The notes under the pieces were generated by a model, which made no database searches, was not told the DNA's origin, and was given only the letters and a program-made list of their open reading frames with translations. A DNA stretch of 57,351 nucleotides from an uncultured bacterium (GTDB lineage Bacteria; UBA8481), in contig CAZWVM010000003.1 of the NCBI GenBank assembly GCA_964637705.1, positions 1 through 57,351 on the forward strand. Direction: 5' to 3'. Positions 18,050-26,770 of the stretch are shown piece after piece. Position 1 is the first letter of the stretch. Every line of letters begins with the position of its first letter. The position numbers were made by a program, and so were the translations under genes.

Positions 18050-20011
18050 ATGACGTCACCGCGCGTTCTTCTCGTCAATCCCGCCGAGCCCGGGGAACCC
18101 CTGGCCTACCTTCCCCTCTCGCTGATCGGGATCGCGGAGGTGCTCCGGCGGGACGGGGTCCACGTCGAGATTCTCGATGCGCGCCTCGATGATCTCCCCG
18201 TGCACGAGACGATCCGGCGCATCCGCAGCGGCGATTACGATGTCGTCGGGATCACGGGGCTCAACAAGTCCTACCGGTACATCAAGGACCTGGCCTTCGA
18301 GTTCAAGCGCCACTTTCCGGCGAAACCCCTCGTGGCCGGCGGCACCTTCATCGCCGCCGAACCCCGCATCATCCTCGAGAAGGTCCCCTTCGACGCGGCC
18401 TGCATCGGCGAGGGGGAACCGATCGTGGTCGAGCTCGTCAGGCGCCTCGCCGCCGGCGCATCCCTCGAGGGCCTGCAGGGGATCGCGTTCATGCGGAACG
18501 GCGTCTATGTCGAAACGGAGCGGGTGTATTGCGACGACATGGAATCCCTCCCCTTCCCCGCGTACGACCTCCTGGACATGCCCCGGTATCTGAGGAAGAT
18601 CGAGACCCTCAAGATCGACCGGGAGCATTTCATTCCGATCAACACGGGACGCGGCTGCGTCTACCACTGCTACTATTGCGGCCGGCGCGGCGTGGGCGTG
18701 CGCCGGACTTCACCCCGCCGCCTCCTCGAGCACATGGACTTGCTCCACGAGCGCTACGGCATCAAGGCCTTCATGTTCAGCGAGGACAATCCTCTGCACC
18801 CGAGGGAATGGATCCTCGAGTTCCTCGGGCTCGTCAAGGATTCGGGCCGGCCTTACAAGCTGGCCATGTCGGGTTGCCCGGACCAGATGGACGACGAGAT
18901 CATCGGCCGCGTCGCGGAGCTCGGCGTGGACATGAGCTACACCATCGAGCACCTCGACCCGGAGATCCAGAAGGGATTCCACCGGGTGAAGCAGAGCAAG
19001 CACATCATCCGGGCCATGGAGCTCCTCAAGAAGCACCGGGTGGTCAACGCGAGCTTCAACATGCTCTGGGGGCACCCGAAGGATACCGCGGCCCGCTTCC
19101 GGGCGGCCTTCCGGGACGCCATGAACCTCATGTACAAGTACGACATCCACTACATCGCCGCCGTCGGTCTCTGCGTCTACCAGAACAGCCGGATGTTCCA
19201 GGATGCGCGCCAGATGGGCAAGATCGTCGACTACGAGGACCACATGTACGCTTCCGACGGATTCGGCCCCTACGTCAACCTGACCGCGGAGAACGACGAC
19301 GTGTACCGCACCTTCATCGCCGAGCTGTACCAGCTCGGCATGCTCAAGATCCTCGCGGGCGCGGTCCAGTTTCACCGCCTGGCGAGCACGGAGGACGGGG
19401 GGGAACGCCTCGAATACTGGACGAAGCGCTTCACGATGTCGATGGAGCGCCTGCGGTTCCTCCAGGGCCTGTACACGATGCCGGACGAGGAGCGCGCAAG
19501 GCGGCGCGCGGAGATCGAGGACTGTCTTCCGTGCGCCATGTACGATCCGGGCCGGAATTACTACCGCGAGATCGCCTGCCTCGCGGAACTCCTCGATCTG
19601 CCCCGCGGCACGCGTCTCGTCGCCTTCGGTGCCGGATCCCTCGCGCCGCGCAACACCGCGCGGCTCTTCAACAGCGTCCGCGAGGGCGGACTCGTGCTCG
19701 AGGGCTTCGCGGAACTCGAGGCGACGGCGGGACGGCACGAGGGACTGCCGTTGAAGCCGCTCCGCGATTGGACCGCGTCCGCGCCCGGCGCGATCGTCAC
19801 GTGGGAAACGCACCCGGGTCTCGAACGGGCGCGCGACGAGTCCGCGCGACTCTTCCCCGGGACTCCGTTCCTCGTCGTCTCCGCCGCCACGCTCGATCCG
19901 CCCCGGAGATTCTCCGGCGTCCATCTCGCCACCTTTGCGAACGAGAAGTACTGGGAAGTTCACGTGAAGGACGGCAAGATGAGCTGGGAAGCCTGCTATG
20001 ACCGGTATTGA
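18050..20011 (+). CDS. B12-binding radical SAM enzyme with C-terminal Rossmann-like extension
   Basis: N-terminal B12 domain (PLSL...VVGITG...AGG...GEGE) and TGRGCVYHCYYC (CxxxCxxC). Confidence 0.9.
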   Translation: MTSPRVLLVNPAEPGEPLAYLPLSLIGIAEVLRRDGVHVEILDARLDDLPVHETIRRIRSGDYDVVGITGLNKSYRYIKDLAFEFKRHFPAKPLVAGGTFIAAEPRIILEKVPFDAACIGEGEPIVVELVRRLAAGASLEGLQGIAFMRNGVYVETERVYCDDMESLPFPAYDLLDMPRYLRKIETLKIDREHFIPINTGRGCVYHCYYCGRRGVGVRRTSPRRLLEHMDLLHERYGIKAFMFSEDNPLHPREWILEFLGLVKDSGRPYKLAMSGCPDQMDDEIIGRVAELGVDMSYTIEHLDPEIQKGFHRVKQSKHIIRAMELLKKHRVVNASFNMLWGHPKDTAARFRAAFRDAMNLMYKYDIHYIAAVGLCVYQNSRMFQDARQMGKIVDYEDHMYASDGFGPYVNLTAENDDVYRTFIAELYQLGMLKILAGAVQFHRLASTEDGGERLEYWTKRFTMSMERLRFLQGLYTMPDEERARRRAEIEDCLPCAMYDPGRNYYREIACLAELLDLPRGTRLVAFGAGSLAPRNTARLFNSVREGGLVLEGFAELEATAGRHEGLPLKPLRDWTASAPGAIVTWETHPGLERARDESARLFPGTPFLVVSAATLDPPRRFSGVHLATFANEKYWEVHVKDGKMSWEACYDRY

Positions 20012-21023
20012 GACAACCTCCCCGCCGCGCCTCGGTGCGGCCGTCGTAGGCCTGGGCGTCGGGGAACAGCACGCGCGGGCACTCCTGTCGGCCGGGTGCG
20101 AGCTCCGGTGGCTCTACGACCTCGACGAAGGACGGTCCCGCGAAGTGGCGACCCGGCTAGGCGCCGGCCGTCCGGCCCCGGATTTCGAAGCCCTTCTCGA
20201 GGATCCCGAGGTCCGGATCGTCTCCATCGCGTCTTTCGACGACGCCCATTTCGGCCAGGTCATAGAGTCTCTCGCCGCCCGGAAACATCTCTTCGTCGAG
20301 AAACCTCTCTGCCGCTCGCGGGAGGAGCTGGCCCGGGTTCGGGAGGCCTGGGAGAGAGCGGGGCGCCCCCATCTCGCCTCCAACCTCGTCCTGCGCGCTG
20401 CTCCCCTCTACCGGTGGCTCGGGGAGGAGATCCTCCGCGGGACGCTCGGCAGGATCTACGCGATCGACGGAGAGTATCTCTACGGCCGCCTCGCGAAGAT
20501 CACCGAGGGATGGCGGAAGGACGTGGAGAACTACTCCGTCGTCCAGGGCGGCGGCATCCACATGCTCGATCTCATGCTCGCGATCGCCGGCGAGGCGCCG
20601 GTCCGCGTCCACGCCGTCGGCAACCGGATGGCGACGGCGGGAACCTCCTTCCGCTACGACGACTTCGCCGCCGCGACCTTCACCTTCCCCTCGGGACTCG
20701 TCGGCCGCCTCACGGCGAACTTCGGCTGCGTGCATCGCCACCAGCACGTGCTGCGCGTCTACGGAACGAAGGGAACTTTCCTGTATGATGACGCGGGAGC
20801 GCGCCTTCATCTCAGCCGAGACCCCGGCGACGAGCCGCAGACCATTGACCTGGCCCCGAAACCGGCCGAAAAGGGCGCCCTCATCCCGGCTTTCGTCGCG
20901 GCGATCCGCGGCGGGGCCGATGCGCGGCCGGGCGCGGAGCGTGAATTCGAGTTGGTCAACGCGTGCCTGGCGGCGGACGAGGCCCGGGAACGCGGGGAGA
21001 TCATCGAGGTGACGAGACCGTGA
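19998..21023 (+). CDS. Gfo/Idh/MocA-family oxidoreductase
   Basis: AVVGLGVG, HLFVEKP and GGGIHMLDL motifs. Confidence 0.9.
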   Translation: MTGIETTSPPRLGAAVVGLGVGEQHARALLSAGCELRWLYDLDEGRSREVATRLGAGRPAPDFEALLEDPEVRIVSIASFDDAHFGQVIESLAARKHLFVEKPLCRSREELARVREAWERAGRPHLASNLVLRAAPLYRWLGEEILRGTLGRIYAIDGEYLYGRLAKITEGWRKDVENYSVVQGGGIHMLDLMLAIAGEAPVRVHAVGNRMATAGTSFRYDDFAAATFTFPSGLVGRLTANFGCVHRHQHVLRVYGTKGTFLYDDAGARLHLSRDPGDEPQTIDLAPKPAEKGALIPAFVAAIRGGADARPGAEREFELVNACLAADEARERGEIIEVTRP

Positions 21024-22180
21024 CGGCAAGTGAAACGATCCCCTTCGGCCGGCCCTGGATCACCGACGACGACATCGCCGCCGTCACGAAGGTTCTCTCC
21101 GGGCACATCCTGACCCACGGCCCCGAGGGCAAGGCCTTCGAGGCGGAGTTCGCCCGCTTCATGGGCGGGGACGCCCACTGCGTGACCGTCAGCTCCTGCA
21201 TGGCCGCCCTCCACCTCTCCTACCTTCACCTCGGCGTCGGCCCCGGCGACGAGGTGATCGTGCCCGCGCAGACCCATGTCGCGACCGTGCATGCCGTGGA
21301 GATGGTGGGCGCGCGGCCGGTCTTCGCGGACTGCGACCCGGCCACGGGCAACATGACGCCGGCCGCGATCCGCGCGGCGATCACGGAGCGGACGCGGGCG
21401 GTCGGCATCGTCCACTTCGCCGGCATTCCCTGCGACATGCCCGCGATTCTCGAGGTCACGGAACCGCGCGGGATCCCGGTCGTGGAGGACTGCGCCCTCG
21501 CGGTCGGGACGCGGATCGGGGGCCGCCATGCCGGCCTCTTCGGCGTCTCGGGCTGCTTCTCCTTCTACCCCGTCAAGCACATCACGACGGGCGAAGGCGG
21601 CCTCTTCGTGTCGAAGCACCGCGAGGTGGCGGAGGCCGTGGCGAAACTGAGGGCCTTCGGCGTCGACCGGTCCCACGGCGAGAGGAAGATCCCCGGGATG
21701 TACGACGTCGCCGGGCGGGGCCTCAACTACCGCATGAGCGAAATGCAGGCCGCGCTCGGGCGGACACAGCTGTCCCGGATCGACACCATCCTCGGGCGAA
21801 GGTCGGACAACTTCGCGGCCCTGGCGGCGGCCCTCGCGGACGAACCTCGAATCCGCGTTCTCGACGCATCGGCCCCCGGGACCACGAACGCGCATTACTG
21901 CCTCTCGGTCGTGCTCGCAGCCCCCCGCGAGGGAGAACGGGATCGGATCGTCCTCGGGCTCAGGGAACGCGGCGTCGAATCGAGCATCTACTATCCCCAC
22001 CCCGTGCCGCGCATGTCATACTATCGTTCGAAGTACGGTTACGAACCGGGCCGGTTCCCGGGAGCGGAAGCGTTGAGCGACCGTTCGATCGCCCTGCCCG
22101 TCGGGCCTCATCTCGGCGCGGCCGAGATGAAGCGGATCGCGGACACCCTTCGCGCGGTGCTCAAGGAGGAGAATTCATGA
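21020..22180 (+). CDS. DegT/DnrJ/EryC1/StrS PLP-dependent aminotransferase
   Basis: IPFGRPWI, VEDCA, FSFYPVKHITTGEGG (PLP Lys), GLNYRMSE and LPVGP motifs; GTGA overlap. Confidence 0.93.
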   Translation: MTASETIPFGRPWITDDDIAAVTKVLSGHILTHGPEGKAFEAEFARFMGGDAHCVTVSSCMAALHLSYLHLGVGPGDEVIVPAQTHVATVHAVEMVGARPVFADCDPATGNMTPAAIRAAITERTRAVGIVHFAGIPCDMPAILEVTEPRGIPVVEDCALAVGTRIGGRHAGLFGVSGCFSFYPVKHITTGEGGLFVSKHREVAEAVAKLRAFGVDRSHGERKIPGMYDVAGRGLNYRMSEMQAALGRTQLSRIDTILGRRSDNFAALAAALADEPRIRVLDASAPGTTNAHYCLSVVLAAPREGERDRIVLGLRERGVESSIYYPHPVPRMSYYRSKYGYEPGRFPGAEALSDRSIALPVGPHLGAAEMKRIADTLRAVLKEENS

Positions 22181-23181
22181 TATCCATGGAAGGACGCAAG
22201 ATCGTCCTGATCGGCGGGGCCGGCTTCATCGGGACCAACCTCGCGGTCGGCCTGGCCCGGCAGGGCGCCGAGGTTCACGTCATCGACGGCCTGCAGGTCA
22301 ACAATCTCCTCGCCTTCTCCTCTCACCGGCCCGACATGCCTCACCGCGAGTTGTACCTCAGGATGATCCAAGAGCGGCTGAAGCGCCTCCAGGACGCGGG
22401 CATCCCCCTCTACATCCAGGATGCGCGCGACTACCTCGCGCTCGGCCGGATCCTCAACGGCATCATGCCCCAGGTGATCATCCAGCTGGCCGCCGTCGCC
22501 CACGCGGACCGGTCGAACAAGGATCCCTTCAGCACCTTCGACCACAGCCTGAGGACCCTGGAGAACGCCCTCGATCACGCGCGCGACAACATCGAGCACT
22601 TCGTCTACTTCTCCTCCAGCATGGTCTACGGGAATTTCCGAACCCCTTCCGTCGACGAGAACCACCCCCTCGACTCGGTCGGGATCTATGGGGCCCTCAA
22701 GGCGGCCGGCGAGCGGATCGTGATCGCCTACCAGCAGGTCTTCGACCTGCCCTTCACGATCGTCAGGCCCTCCGCCCTGTACGGCCCGGGCTGCGTCAGC
22801 CGGCGCGTCGCGCAGGTTTTCATCGAGAGCGCGATGCGCGGTGAACCCCTGAGGATCTCCAACGGCGGCGCCGAGAAGCTCGACTTCACCTACGTCGACG
22901 ACCTCGTGGAAGGAGTCTCCCTCGCCCTTCGGGTGCCCGCGGCCCGCAACGAGGTCTTCAACCTCACCTACGGCGAGGGCCGCTCCATCCGCGAACTGGC
23001 CGACCTCGTCAAGGCCGCCTACCCGGGCACGACGGAACAATCGGTCCAGCGCGACAATCTCATCCCCGTGCGCGGCACCCTCTCGATCGAGAAGGCGCGG
23101 CGGCTCCTCGGTTACGCCCCGAAAACTCCGCTCGAAGCGGGTATCCCGAAATACATCGAGTGGTACAAGAACCTGGAGTAG
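22177..23181 (+). CDS. NAD-dependent epimerase/dehydratase (extended SDR)
   Basis: GGAGFIG, FSSSMVYG, YGALK (YxxxK), RPSALYGPG and DFTYVDD motifs. Confidence 0.92.
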   Translation: MISMEGRKIVLIGGAGFIGTNLAVGLARQGAEVHVIDGLQVNNLLAFSSHRPDMPHRELYLRMIQERLKRLQDAGIPLYIQDARDYLALGRILNGIMPQVIIQLAAVAHADRSNKDPFSTFDHSLRTLENALDHARDNIEHFVYFSSSMVYGNFRTPSVDENHPLDSVGIYGALKAAGERIVIAYQQVFDLPFTIVRPSALYGPGCVSRRVAQVFIESAMRGEPLRISNGGAEKLDFTYVDDLVEGVSLALRVPAARNEVFNLTYGEGRSIRELADLVKAAYPGTTEQSVQRDNLIPVRGTLSIEKARRLLGYAPKTPLEAGIPKYIEWYKNLE

Positions 23182-23186
23182 GAGGA

Positions 23187-23205
23187 ACCGGGCCTTCGCC
23201 CCGGT
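23187..23205. terminator. GC hairpin between convergent genes (possible terminator, no U-tract)
   Basis: ACCGGGC-CTTC-GCCCCGGT between the stops at 23181 and 23208. Confidence 0.3.
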
Positions 23206-23207
23206 GA

Positions 23208-24215
23208 TCAGGAACCGATCGAGGAATCCGGAAGCCGTTCCTGAGAATCGTGAATCGCTTCGATAAGCCGTTCCGTCCGGAGCGCCGAGTCGCCGGGACT
23301 GGCGAGCGGTTCCTTCCCGCCGAAAGCCGCCGCCAGGTTCTCGTATAACGCGTAGAGAGCCTCCCCGACGGTCGACTCCAGCTGCACCGGCGCATCCGCC
23401 GCGACCTCCCGTGCCGCCTCGAGGGCGCGGTGGGGCGCGCCGGGAGCGTGAAGGATCGTCAGGCCCTCGTTCAGGATCGAAAGCCTTCCCGTCGTGCCCC
23501 AGATATCGAGGGAGACCTCGCGGTAACGGCCGAAATCGAGGGGTTGCACCGCGACGAGAGAGCCGTTCCCGATCCGGAGCTGGAAAGGCGGCTCCGGGTC
23601 CGCCGGCGCGGCCGTTCGCGACGGCCCCGTCGCCGTCGCCTCGGTCACCTCCCCGAGGAGCATCCGGACGAAGTCCACGAGATGACTGCCGTTGTTGAGG
23701 AGGCCGTTGCCGTAGAGGCCGAAGGCCGCCTGGGGCTCACCGACGAGATCCCTCAGCCGTCCCGCCGCCAGGTCGCGGAAGAGCCGGTCGGCACGGCGCC
23801 AGTAATTCACCGCTACGAGGATCCCCCGCCCGCGGCAATGCTCGAGAAACCGTTCCGCCTCGGCGACCGTGCGGCCGAGAGGTTTCTCGACGAGGACCGC
23901 GCGCAGGGACGGCATCCTCTCCACGATCTCCAGGCGCGCCGCCGGCGGCGTGGCGATGACCGCCAGCGCGGGGCGAAGACTCTCCTCCAGTTCCTCGACG
24001 CGCGCGGCGACGGCCGGGACCTTCCATTCCGTCCTCGCCTCGATGCGGGCCTCCTCCGAGGCATCGACGACGGCCTCCCAGCGGAACGAGGGATGGGACG
24101 AGAGCACCTGGGCATGGGTCGCGAAGCGGTAGTGGCGGGCCGTCAGCGGGTCCGACGCGTAACCGGCCGCGATGCGCCCGAAGCCGACGAGGACGGTGCC
24201 GATCCTCCCGCTCAT
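23208..24215 (-). CDS. Gfo/Idh/MocA-family oxidoreductase (PtmF-like by context)
   Basis: VLVGFGRIA, IATPP, VLVEKPLG, VNYWRR and NNGSHLVD motifs; ATGA overlap. Confidence 0.87.
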   Translation of the reverse strand: MSGRIGTVLVGFGRIAAGYASDPLTARHYRFATHAQVLSSHPSFRWEAVVDASEEARIEARTEWKVPAVAARVEELEESLRPALAVIATPPAARLEIVERMPSLRAVLVEKPLGRTVAEAERFLEHCRGRGILVAVNYWRRADRLFRDLAAGRLRDLVGEPQAAFGLYGNGLLNNGSHLVDFVRMLLGEVTEATATGPSRTAAPADPEPPFQLRIGNGSLVAVQPLDFGRYREVSLDIWGTTGRLSILNEGLTILHAPGAPHRALEAAREVAADAPVQLESTVGEALYALYENLAAAFGGKEPLASPGDSALRTERLIEAIHDSQERLPDSSIGS

Positions 24216-24964
24216 CGCACAGCCTTCTCGACGCAGTCGCGGTTGAGCGCCGCGATGGCCGGGTGTTCCGCGAGCAGGTGCAGGATCTCGGCGGTGCCGA
24301 AGCCGTCGCCGTGGACGGGCCCGAGGCGCCCGTATACCTCGCGGATGAAGGCGAGATCCTCGGGATAATCGAGCTGGAAGCGCAGGTCCGGGCGGCGCAA
24401 TTCCGGCGGTGCGACGAGGTGGTGGATCCGGTAGCGCTCCGGGTGCTCGTAGAAGAAGAGCGAGACGTGCTCGCGCACGGCCGGGTCCGCCACCTCCCGC
24501 TCGACCGCCTCGAGGTCGGAAAGGCGAAAGACCTGGACGTCGGCTCCCTGGGGATACGTCAGGTGCCACGTGTTCGAGACGACGTCGATGTCGCCGGAGA
24601 GAAACGTCGCCACGCCGAGCTCGATCACCGCGGGATCGAGGAGCGTCGCATCGCCCGTGACCTCTACGATCACCTCGCTCTTCATCTTTCGGTGCGCCTC
24701 GACGACCCGCAGGAGCACGTCCTCCTCGCTCCCCCGGTGGCAGGCGATCCCCTCGGCCGAGGCCAGGGCCTCGAGGGGATCGTCGTCGCGGTTCACCGTC
24801 GTCGCCAGCACGATCCCGTCGAGCGAGGCGCACCGCTTCAGGCGCCGGACGAGCCGGGCCAGGGCTGGCGCGCCGTGCACGTCGGCGAGCACCTTGCCGG
24901 GCAGGCGCGAGGAGGTCATCCGCGCCTCGATGCTGGCCACGACCCTCGGATGCCCGTCGCTCAC
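24212..24964 (-). CDS. SpsF-like cytidylyltransferase
   Basis: IEARMTSSRLPGKVL, RGSEEDVL, VTGDA, REHVS and QLDYPED motifs. Confidence 0.9.
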   Translation of the reverse strand: MSDGHPRVVASIEARMTSSRLPGKVLADVHGAPALARLVRRLKRCASLDGIVLATTVNRDDDPLEALASAEGIACHRGSEEDVLLRVVEAHRKMKSEVIVEVTGDATLLDPAVIELGVATFLSGDIDVVSNTWHLTYPQGADVQVFRLSDLEAVEREVADPAVREHVSLFFYEHPERYRIHHLVAPPELRRPDLRFQLDYPEDLAFIREVYGRLGPVHGDGFGTAEILHLLAEHPAIAALNRDCVEKAVR

Positions 24965-26229
24965 GTGACCAGGTCCTCCCGCGCGGCATGAACCTTCCGG
25001 ACCGCCTCGACGAGGCGATCCGCGGTCTCGTCGCTCACGTCGTACTGGCACGTCTCGAATCCCAGCCACTCCTTCTCGTGCATGCGCTCCGCCACGGGAC
25101 AGAGTCCCTTGTCATAACGCACGTTCGCGAGGGTGAAAGGCCAGCCCTCCCGGCCGATCGCGATGCGCCGCTGGAATACCGGCAGGAGATACAGGGGCCT
25201 CACGTAACCCGTGAAATGGGGGAAACCCTCGGCGGCAAGCGCCGCGCCGAATCGTTCCCGCGGGATCCCGAGAATCGTCTCATCGACCTTCAAGGCCCAG
25301 ATGTACGAGACATGGCGGCAGCCGGGGCGGACGACGGGCGGTGTCAGTCCTTCGAGCCCGGTCGTTCCTTCGCTGAGCCTCCGGGCGAGCCCTTCCCTTC
25401 GCCCCACGTGCTCGTCGATCCGCTCCAGCTGGGCGATCCCGACCGCGGCGGACAGCTCCGTCATCCTGAGGTTCATTCCGACGAGATTGGAGATATCCCC
25501 GATGCCCAGCGGCTCCACGACGTTCTCACCGTGGTTGCGGATCAACTGCAGCCGCCGCGCAAGGTCGTCATCCCTCGTGACGCAGATCCCGCCCTCGCCC
25601 GTGTGCACGTGCTTGTGGTAATTCAGGCTGAAGACGCCGATGTCGCCGATGGTGCCGGCGAAAGCGCCTTTCTCCTCGGCCAGCGGGGCCTGCGCGTTGT
25701 CCTCGACGAGGCGCAACCCGTGGTCCCGGCAGAGGGCGGCTAGCTCGGAGAGGCGGGCCGGATGCCCGAAGAGGTTGACGGCGAGAACCGCCTTCGTGCG
25801 CGGCGTGATCGCGGCGCGCACGGCGGCCGGGTCGAGGCAGAACGTCTCCGGCTCGATGTCCGCGAAGACGGGGATGCCGCCGTAGAAGAGCGGCGCCATG
25901 GCCGAGGCCGACATCCCGTAGGGCGGCATGATGACTTCGTCCCCGGGGCCGATGCCGACAGCGCCCAGGGCCGCCATCAATCCCGACGTGGCGGAGTTCA
26001 CCGTGATGGCGTGGGGCACGCCGAAACGCGCCGCCCAGAGCCGCTCGTATTCCTTCACCCGAGGGCCGCCCCAGAACTCGTCGCACCAGCTTCCATAGAA
26101 GCCGGAGAGCTTCCCCGAACGCATGACCTCGACCACGGCCTCGATCTCCGCCTCGCCCATCGATGGATACGGGGCGAGGGGCGCGGAGATGACCGGGGAG
26201 CCCCCGAGAAGGGCGAGGTGATTCTTCAC
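24961..26229 (-). CDS. DegT-family PLP-dependent aminotransferase
   Basis: NSATSGL, VEDNAQA, FSLNYHKHVHTGEGG and GMNLRMTE motifs; GTGA overlap. Confidence 0.93.
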   Translation of the reverse strand: MKNHLALLGGSPVISAPLAPYPSMGEAEIEAVVEVMRSGKLSGFYGSWCDEFWGGPRVKEYERLWAARFGVPHAITVNSATSGLMAALGAVGIGPGDEVIMPPYGMSASAMAPLFYGGIPVFADIEPETFCLDPAAVRAAITPRTKAVLAVNLFGHPARLSELAALCRDHGLRLVEDNAQAPLAEEKGAFAGTIGDIGVFSLNYHKHVHTGEGGICVTRDDDLARRLQLIRNHGENVVEPLGIGDISNLVGMNLRMTELSAAVGIAQLERIDEHVGRREGLARRLSEGTTGLEGLTPPVVRPGCRHVSYIWALKVDETILGIPRERFGAALAAEGFPHFTGYVRPLYLLPVFQRRIAIGREGWPFTLANVRYDKGLCPVAERMHEKEWLGFETCQYDVSDETADRLVEAVRKVHAAREDLVT

Positions 26230-26768
26230 GCGTATCGTCCCGAGGCGAAGAGCGCACGGTGAACCATGTCCACCGCGCGCCCTTCCCAGACGACCTGCTT
26301 CCGGCGGATTCCGTCGTCGACCATCCCGGCCTTCTCCATGATCCTGAGCATGCCCGTGTTGACCTCGAGCGTTCCGGCCGTGACCTTGCGCATCCCGGCG
26401 CCCTGCAGGAGCCACGAGCAGACGGCGCTCCACGCCTCGAGCCCGTAGCCTCGGCCCCAGAGCGATTTTTCCCCGAGAAGGATTCCGACGTCCGCGACGC
26501 CGTTCGACTCGTCCACCCACGCGTTCATGTTGCCGATATGGCGGGCGCCTCCGCCGCGTTCCGTCAAGGCCCAGAAATGGTGCGGAGTCCCTTCGAAGGA
26601 ACTCCAGTAGGCGCGGCACGACTCGAGCGTGTGGCGGCGAAACCTCTGCTCGCTGTACCTCACGACCTCAGGGTCGTTGAGCCACTCGACGTAGGTCTCG
26701 GAAAGCAAAGACTCGGGGAACGGAGCGATCCGAAGCCGGGCGGTCTCGAGGACAGGCGACGTCGCCAT
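26226..26768 (-). CDS. GNAT (RimJ/RimL-like) N-acyltransferase
   Basis: YVEWLNDPEV, HIGN, VGILLGEKSLWGRGYG and NTGMLRIMEKAGM motifs. Confidence 0.88.
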   Translation of the reverse strand: MATSPVLETARLRIAPFPESLLSETYVEWLNDPEVVRYSEQRFRRHTLESCRAYWSSFEGTPHHFWALTERGGGARHIGNMNAWVDESNGVADVGILLGEKSLWGRGYGLEAWSAVCSWLLQGAGMRKVTAGTLEVNTGMLRIMEKAGMVDDGIRRKQVVWEGRAVDMVHRALFASGRYA

Positions 26769-26770
26769 GG

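Noticed and set aside
16879-23181. A stand-alone aminoglycoside antibiotic gene cluster
   Set aside because: No resistance, export or regulator genes were seen and the context is dominated by surface-glycan enzymes; kept only as an aminocyclitol-building-block hypothesis.
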